From a virus, in the IMG/VR virus record IMGVR_UViG_3300026484_000351, positions 32,769 to 96,768 of that record: a stretch of DNA of 64,000 bases. One strand, given 5' to 3'. Shown in pieces: positions 10,409 to 19,636 of the stretch. Under the pieces are notes generated by a model, which saw only the letters and a list, made by a program, of their open reading frames with translations, did no database searches and was not told the origin of the DNA. Numbering within the stretch: position 1 is the stretch's first letter; each line of letters opens with the position of its first letter. The translations under genes were made by a program, and so were the position numbers.

Positions 10409-10622
10409 TTATTTCCTTTTATATTTATTTATATATTAAGTAATTTTATTATATAATTTATTATAGATAGAAAGTTATTAATTATAGGTGCAAAATAATG
10501 TTTATTATTGGAGAAAAAGGTCCGGCACCTCTTAAAGGTACTATTGCTTATGTTACTAATTATGATTTATGGATAAATTGCAATTTAGAAGAAATCCCTA
10601 GTAAATATCCGGAGGTATATAT

Positions 10623-11102
10623 TTGAAAATAAATGAATTAAAAATAACTCACACCAATGGAGATTTATATTCCGGATATACGATTGAACTTAACAATATT
10701 ACTAAATATTTTGAACACAATGAGAAATTTCAAGAAGCAGGAATGTTCACAACTAGAAAAATGAAACAACTTTTAGAGGACCCAGAATTCCTAGACTTTG
10801 TAATAAGTAATTACAAGTCTTCAGAACCAGTTGTTGATTTTGATTCTCTAATAGTAGAAAAGGGAGTATCAAAATCAATGCAGGTGCTATTTTATCGTTC
10901 TAGAATAGCAATGAATTATTTTGGAGTGATAACCGAAATGTTAATGAAACTCCGAAATCGAAAAACGATTTTAATTAAACTAGAAGACCCCTTAAAAAAC
11001 TTTAATATAGAAACAATCGTAAAACTACAAAATAAAGAAGAAATGAAGGAGTTTTTTGATTATCAATATATTGAAAACAAATACCCGGAGATGTATATAT
11101 GA
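10623..11102 (+). CDS. PE-tag family protein (ends KYPEMYI)
   Basis: TTG start overlapping upstream stop; C-terminal tag. Confidence 0.75.
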   Translation: MKINELKITHTNGDLYSGYTIELNNITKYFEHNEKFQEAGMFTTRKMKQLLEDPEFLDFVISNYKSSEPVVDFDSLIVEKGVSKSMQVLFYRSRIAMNYFGVITEMLMKLRNRKTILIKLEDPLKNFNIETIVKLQNKEEMKEFFDYQYIENKYPEMYI

Positions 11103-11365
11103 AAAAAAGAGAAGTATTAAAAGGTGATTATGTTTTAATAAAAGACCGTAATGATATTCAGCATGTTGTAAGAGTAGATGCTGTTGTAAAAATAGATACG
11201 ATAAAACCTTCAAAAAAAGTCCAAGCGTATGCAAGTACTATTATTAAAAGTATAGATAAAAGTAATCTTAATACCACCACATTTTATGATAAAGATGTAC
11301 AACTAATATTAGGAGCTATAAATGCTCGAACACTAGAAACAGAATATCCTGAGATATTTCTATGA
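11099..11365 (+). CDS. PE-tag family protein (ends EYPEIFL)
   Basis: ATGA coupling; LKGDYVLIK start; tag. Confidence 0.8.
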   Translation: MKKREVLKGDYVLIKDRNDIQHVVRVDAVVKIDTIKPSKKVQAYASTIIKSIDKSNLNTTTFYDKDVQLILGAINARTLETEYPEIFL

Positions 11366-11631
11366 TTGGTAAATTTGTATTAATAAAAACAGATAATATT
11401 ATTGAAAAAGGTTCGAAGCACTCAGAAGATCAACCTTGTTATTTTGTGGTAAATATAATAGAAAAGAGTAAAATTGGCAGAGATTGGAAATCAAAAGTTC
11501 TTTGGTTTTATGATGTTGCATATAATGAATTACATTTTTTTAAAAAAGATATATTGTTTGAATTTGAAAAAGAACCATCTTGGAGAGAGATGGAAAACAT
11601 GGAAGGAACACATCCAGAGTACTGGTTATAA
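11362..11631 (+). CDS. PE-tag family protein (ends THPEYWL)
   Basis: ATGA coupling; tag. Confidence 0.8.
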   Translation: MIGKFVLIKTDNIIEKGSKHSEDQPCYFVVNIIEKSKIGRDWKSKVLWFYDVAYNELHFFKKDILFEFEKEPSWREMENMEGTHPEYWL

Positions 11632-11974
11632 AGGATTAAAAATAGTTTATGCAATGGTAGATGACCAACTGAATATTTTAAAAATATATTCAGAAAAGGG
11701 TTTAGATGACATTAGAAAATTAAGAACTATCCATGTAAGTAAATTTGAAAAATTAAAATTTAATGGAAATTATGGAAGTTCAACTGTTTTTCCGTTTTAT
11801 GATATTAATGAGGCAAAAATAGTTACTGCTATTAAACAGGTTCAGGGATTAAAGGAACAAGCAATTAATTATGAGAATAACGACTGGAAAATTAATGAAA
11901 ATTTCAAAAGTATAGATAAAACTCAAGAGTGGTTGAAAAAGAAGGAAAAAATTTATCCAGAGTACTTCGTTTAA
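11474..11974 (+). CDS. PE-tag family protein (ends IYPEYFV); true start probably near 11640-11655
   Basis: AAGGA at about 11630; tag. Confidence 0.7.
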   Translation: MAEIGNQKFFGFMMLHIMNYIFLKKIYCLNLKKNHLGERWKTWKEHIQSTGYKGLKIVYAMVDDQLNILKIYSEKGLDDIRKLRTIHVSKFEKLKFNGNYGSSTVFPFYDINEAKIVTAIKQVQGLKEQAINYENNDWKINENFKSIDKTQEWLKKKEKIYPEYFV

Positions 11975-11981
11975 TCTTATT

Positions 11982-12003
11982 TTAATATTTATTATGTTAT
12001 AAT
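11982..12003 (+). promoter_or_regulatory. Early-type promoter
   Basis: TTAATATTTATTATGTTATAAT. Confidence 0.75.
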
Positions 12004-12254
12004 TATTATAGAAAAACACATAAAGGTTATATAATGACAAAAGCGATAAACAACTACAGAATAAGTATTAATTCAAATGACAGATTAACTGGAGAGTTTA
12101 CAGGTGGAAAAGAATATTTTGAAACTGAAGCAGAAGCAGTGATAGTTTTTAATAAATTTGTTTTATAAGAATTAGCACCAAATAATAACTTTCTATTTAT
12201 AGAGAAATATATAAAAATGAAATTTTAGCAAGTTTTGATACAACAGGAATATAA

Positions 12255-12875
12255 ATGATACATAATTTTTTAATAGAGTCTTTGAATGATATTGAAGGTA
12301 TTAATAAAATACAGCATAAACTACAAGATACTTTGTTAAGACCAGCAAAAATCCCTAAGGGAACAGCGGCATTATATTTTAGTGCAAGTGAACTTTCTCG
12401 AATAGTTACTAAATTTTTAGATATTAAAAAGAAGTTTATTGAATTAGATTTATTTAAAGATGAGTTTGATAGATGTAATTATTTTAAAGTTTCTGAATTA
12501 GATACACTTACTTTAATAGAACATAATTTGATGCTTTGGGATTTAAATTATGAAAGTTTATTTGCCACTTTAAAGTATGAAATAAACGATTTAACAGAAA
12601 GAATAAAAAGAGCACCATTAAATTGGTATAATAAGCATGCTTATTTAATAAATAATGAGACTTATATTGACAAAAAATATTTTAGTATTTACAGAATAGT
12701 TGATAAAAATTGGGATACTTTAACAATCACCTTAGAATGTTGTAAGTATAGTACCCATTCGAAAAGTCTTTCAATAGATATAGTTAAAATTAAATGTGAT
12801 AGTATTAGAGATATATATCAAGAACAGTTTTTAAGTGAAGAAATAGGGAAGATTTACCCCGAATGGTTTTTATAA
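12255..12875 (+). CDS. PE-tag family protein (ends IYPEWFL)
   Basis: ORF directly upstream of the vWA gene; tag. Confidence 0.8.
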   Translation: MIHNFLIESLNDIEGINKIQHKLQDTLLRPAKIPKGTAALYFSASELSRIVTKFLDIKKKFIELDLFKDEFDRCNYFKVSELDTLTLIEHNLMLWDLNYESLFATLKYEINDLTERIKRAPLNWYNKHAYLINNETYIDKKYFSIYRIVDKNWDTLTITLECCKYSTHSKSLSIDIVKIKCDSIRDIYQEQFLSEEIGKIYPEWFL

Positions 12876-12884
12876 GGAGAAATA

Positions 12885-14228
12885 GTGGAAAAAGCAACAG
12901 TAGAGAAATTATATAACGAGCAGGATAGGGAATGTATAGATTCCACCTTTGCTAATATGTTTTCTAGTCCAGCATACAGAGAAGATTATGTTTTTTATGC
13001 TCATATATTGGCGCAATGTAAAGTAATTATGACAAGCGATGTTGATTTAGCAGGAGTAAATTTTACAATTAACAAGTATAACCTTTTTATTAATCCAGAA
13101 AGATTTCTTGAATTACCCCTTTTGGAAAGAATGTCAGTACTTAAACACGAATCGCTTCATATTCTTTATGGGCATATTTCAAGAAAGGGAGACAGAAACC
13201 ATAAATTATTCAATAACTCTTCAGATGTTGCAATTAACCAGCTTATCACGAGAGAACATTTACCTGAAGGCTGTCTTTACCCTGATACTCTTGAAAAGGC
13301 TCTAAAGGAACAAGGTTATAAAATAAAAGTACCTGAAATGCTTTCAGCAGAACATTATTATGATTTACTTCCTTCAGAAATAAAAGATAATGCCGAGAAT
13401 GGACAATGTAATAGTGGAGAAGGAAATCCTCAAAATTGTGAAAAATGTGGTGGAGCTGGTAAAGAAGAAGACGGAAAACCTTGTAAACATTGTAATGGAA
13501 CGGGTAAAGAATTCTACAAAGGTTTATTTAAAGATAATCCACTTGATGACCATAGCAAATGGAATGAGTCAGAAGGAGAATCTGACTTACAACAGGACAT
13601 CACAAAAAGAATGATTGATAAAAGTATTGAAAAATCAAGAGGAAACACGCCTTCTCATTTAGAGTATTTTATGGAATTATGGGGGAAAAAAGCACAAATT
13701 AGTTGGAAAAAAGTTCTTAGAAATATCGCAAGTAATAAAAAAGCAAATAAAGTAACAACTATTATGAGAAAATCAAGACGGTTCCCAAATAGACTTGAAA
13801 TTAGAGGCCATAAGAAAGACAAAATCTTTGATATTGTAGTTATATTAGATGTTTCGGGGAGTATGTCAGATAAAGAAATTATTACTGGACTGGCAGAAAT
13901 TCGTGAAGTAGCAAAACTTACGGCAAGTACTGTTAAAATTATTCAAGTTGATACAGAAGTGCATGCAGTAGAGGATTTTACGCCAGGCAAATTTAATAGA
14001 AGTGCAGGTGGTGGAACAGAAATGCTACCAGGATTTAGATACATTAAGGAGAATAAGGTATCGCATGATGCTATTATTTTAATTACAGATGGATGGATAG
14101 AGGATATTTCATACTGGGCAAAAGAAGGTGTAGCACCAAAATGTCCTTTAATGATTCTTAGCACTGAAGCAGATATTGATGTTTCAGGATACAGAAATTA
14201 TAGATTTTTCAAACTAGATCAAGCGTAG
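12885..14228 (+). CDS. DUF2201-type metallopeptidase + vWA protein with inserted CxxCxGxG zinc finger
   Basis: HESLH (HExxH), D.AINQ, CEKCGGAG/CKHCNGTG, MIDAS DVSGS, GGT, ITDG. Confidence 0.9.
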   Translation: MEKATVEKLYNEQDRECIDSTFANMFSSPAYREDYVFYAHILAQCKVIMTSDVDLAGVNFTINKYNLFINPERFLELPLLERMSVLKHESLHILYGHISRKGDRNHKLFNNSSDVAINQLITREHLPEGCLYPDTLEKALKEQGYKIKVPEMLSAEHYYDLLPSEIKDNAENGQCNSGEGNPQNCEKCGGAGKEEDGKPCKHCNGTGKEFYKGLFKDNPLDDHSKWNESEGESDLQQDITKRMIDKSIEKSRGNTPSHLEYFMELWGKKAQISWKKVLRNIASNKKANKVTTIMRKSRRFPNRLEIRGHKKDKIFDIVVILDVSGSMSDKEIITGLAEIREVAKLTASTVKIIQVDTEVHAVEDFTPGKFNRSAGGGTEMLPGFRYIKENKVSHDAIILITDGWIEDISYWAKEGVAPKCPLMILSTEADIDVSGYRNYRFFKLDQA

Positions 14229-14238
14229 GAAAAACATT

Positions 14239-14502
14239 ATGAATTATTATGAAAATGCTAATATGCAATTTGAAAAAAGAGAACCAATTAGATATTATTT
14301 TGATGGTAAAGATCTCAAAGGAATTTATAATATAGATTCTGGAAAAAATCTAAAAAAATCTATTTTAAAAAGAAAATTCAAGATAGGCTCATTAAAAAGT
14401 GTTGATATAGCCGAATATAGAGAACTAGGATTATTTCATAGTTATCATAAAAGTATTTCAAAAGAAAAGGCAGAAAAATTATATCCAGAATTTTTTATAT
14501 AA
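14239..14502 (+). CDS. PE-tag family protein (ends LYPEFFI)
   Basis: C-terminal tag. Confidence 0.8.
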   Translation: MNYYENANMQFEKREPIRYYFDGKDLKGIYNIDSGKNLKKSILKRKFKIGSLKSVDIAEYRELGLFHSYHKSISKEKAEKLYPEFFI

Positions 14503-14511
14503 GGAAAAAAT

Positions 14512-14793
14512 ATGAGTTTAAAGAATATTAAAGTATTTAATCAAAATGAATATATTGGTAAAATTATCAAACTTCAAATGAAAGGTACTAACAATATAGG
14601 TTTTTATGAAGTTGTTAAATTTAACAGTTATATATCTTGTAGATTAATTTATACTATTGAGAAAGGAACAATAAGAAAACAATTTAAAACTAATAGATGT
14701 GTCTTATTTGACATTAAAGATTTTTTTAATAGTGAATTCTTAAATTGTAAACCAGAGGAATTTGAAATTAAATACCCTGAATATTTTATATAG
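14512..14793 (+). CDS. PE-tag family protein (ends KYPEYFI)
   Basis: C-terminal tag. Confidence 0.8.
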   Translation: MSLKNIKVFNQNEYIGKIIKLQMKGTNNIGFYEVVKFNSYISCRLIYTIEKGTIRKQFKTNRCVLFDIKDFFNSEFLNCKPEEFEIKYPEYFI

Positions 14794-14801
14794 GAGAGAA
14801 A

Positions 14802-15017
14802 ATGAATGAATTAGATAAATATTTTAATAAAAAAATGTCATTCAAAGACATATTTACTAAAGATGGAAGTGGTTCTTTTAGTGAAGATTTTGATGTCCGT
14901 ACTATAAAGGACAGAAAAATGGAAAATATAAAAAATTATATCAAAGAACATTATGATATGAGTTTGGATGAATTAGATGAATTTATAATGAAATATGAAC
15001 CTGAAAGGACTGTATAA
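14802..15017 (+). CDS. PE-tag family protein, variant (ends YEPERTV)
   Basis: P-E at -5/-4. Confidence 0.7.
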   Translation: MNELDKYFNKKMSFKDIFTKDGSGSFSEDFDVRTIKDRKMENIKNYIKEHYDMSLDELDEFIMKYEPERTV

Positions 15018-15460
15018 TGGGTAAAATCTTATACGCAATTAAACCAATAGGTGTCACAAAGGGGTTTGGGCGAGTATATAACAAACAGTTATATATTGGT
15101 AAGTATGAAGTTATTAATGGTACTGACATTAAATTAGTAGAAGTGCAGGACTTTAATAAAAATATAATTAAAAGACATTCATTTCCAGCGTCACTAAAAT
15201 ATGGCTCATACAATGGAATACAAACAGAAGATGTTGGTAGTGAAAATATCTATTCTGGAATGCCCAACACCAATTCGGTAATATTATTTGTAACATTAGT
15301 CGAAGCCAAATTACAAAAATTAATAGATATAAAATATATTAAGATATATTTTGAAAAGGAACTAAGAAAACTTCAAGAAAGAGCAGAAAATAATCTACCT
15401 AAAAATATTGAAGAAATTTTTGAGGAATATAGTGGTAAATACCCGGAATATTTAATATGA
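15017..15460 (+). CDS. PE-tag family protein (ends KYPEYLI)
   Basis: C-terminal tag. Confidence 0.8.
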   Translation: MGKILYAIKPIGVTKGFGRVYNKQLYIGKYEVINGTDIKLVEVQDFNKNIIKRHSFPASLKYGSYNGIQTEDVGSENIYSGMPNTNSVILFVTLVEAKLQKLIDIKYIKIYFEKELRKLQERAENNLPKNIEEIFEEYSGKYPEYLI

Positions 15461-16020
15461 TTAATTCAGGTGAGCATTTTGAAAATTATATTAGTCACAA
15501 AGATATTAAAATTTATTTTGATAACAATAAAGATAAAACCCAAATGAAATTATTTACCTCTTATTATGGATATATAACTGTTAATGGCAGAAAAACATCC
15601 CTTCAAGAAGATTATAAAGTTGAACCAGTTGAAATTGTATTATCTGTAGAAAATAAAGAACTTTGTGACCCGTTCAGAAATATGGATAATCTTATGAATG
15701 GATTAGATGAAAAACATAATACAGGTTTAAGCTCAGATAGTTTTAAAAACCCCGAGTTGACAGAATGGCAACCTTTACCCAAAGATACATTAACCTATTT
15801 TGATTGGCATGTAACTTTAACAACTCAAAATTCAGATATAGAAATTGATAAAGGAATTATAGAAAGACTTAAATTTTTTCATACAATGGAACAGGCAGAA
15901 ATGAATTATATTAAAATGATGGAATATAAATTTAAAGAATTAGGAATATTTGAAGCATTTGATAAATATAATGAATTATATAATTCATTAAGTAATAAAT
16001 ATCCTGAAGAATTTATATAA
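15457..16020 (+). CDS. PE-tag family protein (ends KYPEEFI)
   Basis: C-terminal tag. Confidence 0.8.
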   Translation: MINSGEHFENYISHKDIKIYFDNNKDKTQMKLFTSYYGYITVNGRKTSLQEDYKVEPVEIVLSVENKELCDPFRNMDNLMNGLDEKHNTGLSSDSFKNPELTEWQPLPKDTLTYFDWHVTLTTQNSDIEIDKGIIERLKFFHTMEQAEMNYIKMMEYKFKELGIFEAFDKYNELYNSLSNKYPEEFI

Positions 16021-16060
16021 AAATGAACAATTACTTAAAAAACTTTATTTAAGGAACTAT

Positions 16061-16258
16061 ATGAATACAGAAATAATTATTGAACCTTTAAATTTTCAAA
16101 GCAATTATTTTATTTGTGAAGTAAGATATAAAGTTGGTAAAAGTATAGTCGTTGCCGAAGGAATTGTAATGCTTACATTAAAAGACTTAACTAAAACAGT
16201 TCCTTTGCATTGTACTTTAAAGAACTTTGAGGAAGAGCATCCAGAGTTTTTCTTATAA
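16061..16258 (+). CDS. PE-tag family protein (ends EHPEFFL)
   Basis: C-terminal tag. Confidence 0.75.
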   Translation: MNTEIIIEPLNFQSNYFICEVRYKVGKSIVVAEGIVMLTLKDLTKTVPLHCTLKNFEEEHPEFFL

Positions 16259-16432
16259 CTGGATACAATTATCAGAGAATAAGTGGCATTTTTGAAGATA
16301 GAGAAATATATTATAATGTAGAAATTCTTAGGGAAGAGAATGGATGCAATATTTGAAAATCAATTTGAATCCTAAAACTCTATAATTAAATTAATGAAAA
16401 GGGCTGTCCGGAATGTTCTATCTAAAGTTATT

Positions 16433-16453
16433 TTAAGGTTATTGTGTTATAAT
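16433..16453 (+). promoter_or_regulatory. Early-type promoter
   Basis: TTAAGGTTATTGTGTTATAAT. Confidence 0.85.
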
Positions 16454-16473
16454 TATATTTACAAAGGACAAAA

Positions 16474-17043
16474 ATGAAACAATATTTTGTAGACATAGAC
16501 GAAACTTTAATTTTTACTAAAGCTAAAATACATATTATTAAAAACAATAAAATTATTAGAAAGTTATCTAATCGAGAATATAATGCATATTCTCTACAGC
16601 AAGGCGAGAGTTATGACTTTGTAGAATTTACTTCTACAAAAATTTTCACTGAGACTTCTCAACCCAATCTAACAATGATAAAAGTCCTTGAAAAAATTAG
16701 CAAGGAAACTAAAAATATAGCTTTACTTACAGCGAGAAGAGATTTTGATGATAAAAAATCTCTTCTTAAGTACCTTAGGACTCATAAGATAAATGTAGGG
16801 CATTATAGGGATGGTCAAATTCATATAATCAGATCAGGCAATATTACTAATAAACGCACTAACACTGCACAAGCGAAGATTAAAATGATAGACAACATAG
16901 TTAAGAAAAACCCTAAAATAACTGAAATTGTTATATATGATGACTGTATTAAGAATCTTAACGCCGTTAAACAATATGCTTTAGAAAAAGGTTTGAAGTC
17001 TTCAACTTTCAAAGTAAAAGAGGGAAACATAAATTTGGTTTAA
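16474..17043 (+). CDS. HAD-superfamily phosphatase
   Basis: DIDETL motif I, LLTAR motif II, K, YDD motif IV. Confidence 0.85.
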   Translation: MKQYFVDIDETLIFTKAKIHIIKNNKIIRKLSNREYNAYSLQQGESYDFVEFTSTKIFTETSQPNLTMIKVLEKISKETKNIALLTARRDFDDKKSLLKYLRTHKINVGHYRDGQIHIIRSGNITNKRTNTAQAKIKMIDNIVKKNPKITEIVIYDDCIKNLNAVKQYALEKGLKSSTFKVKEGNINLV

Positions 17044-17210
17044 AGTTAATATGTTGCATTTATACAAAAGGGAAAAAATGGAAAAGACAACACCGGTATC
17101 TTTAAATCAAGAGACAAACAAAGTGTTTAATGAAACAATAGAAAATAATTTAGATACAAGAAGCAATTCTTCTAAAACTTTATAATAGAAAAAATGAAAA
17201 GGAAGTATTA

Positions 17211-17537
17211 ATGGAAACATTTACATCATCAACGGTATTTACTTTATCACTAAGTAATCCTTTAATGGTATTAGGTATGGTAGCAGTATTATGGTCAAAA
17301 TCATTTAGGAATTTTGTAGAAAATTGGGGATTCTTATTTATGATTTTGTGTTGGTATTTTTATGGAATTATAGGATGGTTATTGCTTTGGATATTTTATG
17401 AATTAGTAGTTTTTATGCATAACAATACTAAAGCAAAAACTAAAAAAGTTAAGAAAAAGACAAAAGATACTAATGACCAGTTTTTTGATGATTTGAAAAA
17501 CAAGAAAAGAAAACAAGAAGCAAAAAAATATATTTAA
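17211..17537 (+). CDS. membrane protein ending EAKKYI
   Basis: Hydrophobic N-half, basic tail. Confidence 0.7.
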   Translation: METFTSSTVFTLSLSNPLMVLGMVAVLWSKSFRNFVENWGFLFMILCWYFYGIIGWLLLWIFYELVVFMHNNTKAKTKKVKKKTKDTNDQFFDDLKNKKRKQEAKKYI

Positions 17538-17546
17538 GGAAATAGA

Positions 17547-17822
17547 ATGAGTAAAATAATTAAAGGTTTAAGAATAAACCAAGTACCTTCGAAAAATTAT
17601 ATTAATAAAGATGAATATACAAAAGAGTTTAATAATGATATAATTCCTGAATATGAATTTTTATATTTGGAAAATGGGAAATTATATAGTGAATGCTTTG
17701 CATTAGAATATGGAGAATGTAGTTCGGGATATTGTGGCGCAGAATGGATTAAAAAAGGAAATAAAAAACAAGTATCAAGTTTAGGAACATTGCATTATAT
17801 ACTAAAGGAAAATTGGAAATAG
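17547..17822 (+). CDS. hypothetical protein
   Basis: ORF with RBS. Confidence 0.6.
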   Translation: MSKIIKGLRINQVPSKNYINKDEYTKEFNNDIIPEYEFLYLENGKLYSECFALEYGECSSGYCGAEWIKKGNKKQVSSLGTLHYILKENWK

Positions 17823-18193
17823 ATCATTTTATTACAAGTAATTATGATGGTAATGATTATTTCATTATTTATGAAAATGACTGTCGATGGTATCCAAATG
17901 CCAATATTCAGATAAAATTTGATAATTGGATAGATACAAAACGAGGCAAAGACAAAAAACAAATTTATATATTTAAGGGACCGAGTGCAATAGGAAAGTC
18001 TTATATAGCAAATTCAACTAATTTGGAGGTTTTTGAAACAGATGGACGACCGTTAAATGAATTAAATATTTCTTTTGATATTATAGTTGTAGGAAACAAA
18101 CACGGATATACAACAAGAAATATTATATCTGAGTTTAAGGAGGATAATTTAAAAAATATAGAGTTTATATTAGTTGGATTCAAGAAAATCTAG
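17813..18193 (+). CDS. hypothetical protein with P-loop-like motif
   Basis: IFKGPSAIGKS. Confidence 0.55.
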   Translation: MEIDHFITSNYDGNDYFIIYENDCRWYPNANIQIKFDNWIDTKRGKDKKQIYIFKGPSAIGKSYIANSTNLEVFETDGRPLNELNISFDIIVVGNKHGYTTRNIISEFKEDNLKNIEFILVGFKKI

Positions 18194-18245
18194 ATTACTA
18201 GGTTATTAAGTTAAACAAAGTTATAATATATTATAAAGGAATATA

Positions 18246-18671
18246 ATGGTAAGAGAAAAATTAAATCAAGTACCATATTTTAAAAATGTTGAAGAAAGCG
18301 ACAGCATTTTTGGATTAGTATTTGGTAAAGGCAAAGTAGCAAATGTATGGGAAAATAGTCATTATACATTTGAAATTGAATTTGAAAATGGATTTACTGT
18401 TCCATATACATCAGATGGAATTCCTGGATGGAGCGGAAAATTGGATTATCAAACAGTGTTTTATTCAGAAGATATAGATTTAACAGATGTTGATTTTAGT
18501 CCAAGTGAAGAAGTTCTTAATGTTAAGAAAATTATTAAATTAAGAGATAAGGGAAAACTGGATGCTAGGTGTCCTAGTGGAGTTTGGATAAATATTAAAC
18601 AATGTCCTAATTATATTATAGAAGAATATCTTGAAAATAACAAATTACATTTATTTAGAAAAGCAAGGTAA
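18246..18671 (+). CDS. hypothetical protein
   Basis: ORF with promoter-like upstream region and RBS. Confidence 0.75.
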   Translation: MVREKLNQVPYFKNVEESDSIFGLVFGKGKVANVWENSHYTFEIEFENGFTVPYTSDGIPGWSGKLDYQTVFYSEDIDLTDVDFSPSEEVLNVKKIIKLRDKGKLDARCPSGVWINIKQCPNYIIEEYLENNKLHLFRKAR

Positions 18672-18683
18672 TTTAACTTTGTT

Positions 18684-18704
18684 TTAAGGAAATTATGTTA
18701 TAAT
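18684..18704 (+). promoter_or_regulatory. Early-type promoter
   Basis: TTAAGGAAATTATGTTATAAT. Confidence 0.85.
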
Positions 18705-18731
18705 ATATTATATAAAAAGAAGGATTACAAT

Positions 18732-19031
18732 ATGTTGGAACATTATTTTAATATAGTAGAACTTACATTTGAAGAAGTGAAATTAAGAATTAAACAATTA
18801 TATAAAGATAGAAAATTTTATGGTGAAACTCCTCAAGAATATCTTAAGGCAGTTGTTTATGAAACTAAAATTAAGGATACTATAATTGTAATGAAAATGG
18901 ACGGTTTTACAAAAGAAGATAAAGAAAATTTTTATTGGGACGATTGGAAAGAGATTCAACTAAATGTTTTTAAATGGTTGAATCCCAATACAGGTAATAT
19001 ATTTATAATTGATGGAAGTGAAATAAAATAA
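18732..19031 (+). CDS. hypothetical protein
   Basis: ORF after promoter. Confidence 0.7.
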   Translation: MLEHYFNIVELTFEEVKLRIKQLYKDRKFYGETPQEYLKAVVYETKIKDTIIVMKMDGFTKEDKENFYWDDWKEIQLNVFKWLNPNTGNIFIIDGSEIK

Positions 19032-19258
19032 TGGGTACTGCTATTCAAGTTCAAGAAATTATGGAAATAATGAATGAAAGACTTAACAATTTTGAAGTTA
19101 ATGTTTTTTTCAATAGAGGAAAAGAATACGCAAGTTGTTATTTAGCAGACTTTAGTGATTATGAAAAAGATCAAGTTCCAGGTGTCCCACCAGCAGGAAG
19201 AACACTTAAACAACATAACCTTATTTTAAGTTTAAACAAAAAAGGAAGGAAATATTGA
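19031..19258 (+). CDS. hypothetical protein
   Basis: TAATG-coupled ORF. Confidence 0.6.
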   Translation: MGTAIQVQEIMEIMNERLNNFEVNVFFNRGKEYASCYLADFSDYEKDQVPGVPPAGRTLKQHNLILSLNKKGRKY

Positions 19259-19636
19259 ATAGTTTATTAAAACCGGTAAATATGATTATGTTACATCCAG
19301 TATCAATTTTTATTAATATTATGGGTGTTATAGCATCTGTTTCAGTATTTCCAATATGGGTGAATTTAATATTAATTCTATTAATACTTCCAAATTTTGT
19401 AGAACAATACAATAAATTAAGTAGGGTTAGATAAGAATAATATTTATTATCTAGTATCCAGAGAAGAATTCAAAAACAATTCTAATTTATTTGGAATAAG
19501 CACAAGTCACAAAAATCCAAATAATAAAGGAAAGGTTACGGTAGTTATTGATGGTGAATATTATCAAATAACCAAAGAAGAATTTGATAATAATAAAACA
19601 TTATATCAAGGAATACAGAAGGGAAGGAAGGTAAAT

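Larger units (their letters stand above)
8435..10482 (-). mobile_element. IS607-family insertion sequence (tnpA serine recombinase + tnpB)
   Basis: Gene pair; right end defined by identity with the copy ending at 53284; left end inferred from in-frame rejoining of the host gene (+/-1 nt). Confidence 0.9.
8321..10626 (+). pseudogene. PE-tag family gene (85 aa, ends KYPEVYI) split by IS607
   Basis: 8321-8434 (MATKTSPGIGDFLL...DSCSV) joins in frame to 10483-10626 (YRCKIMF...KYPEVYI*) once 2048 nt are removed. Confidence 0.75.

Noticed and set aside
8435-10482. IStron (group I intron-IS607 hybrid) that would splice out of the host gene
   Set aside because: The element is antisense to the interrupted gene and has only about 75 nt upstream of tnpA, too little for a group I core.
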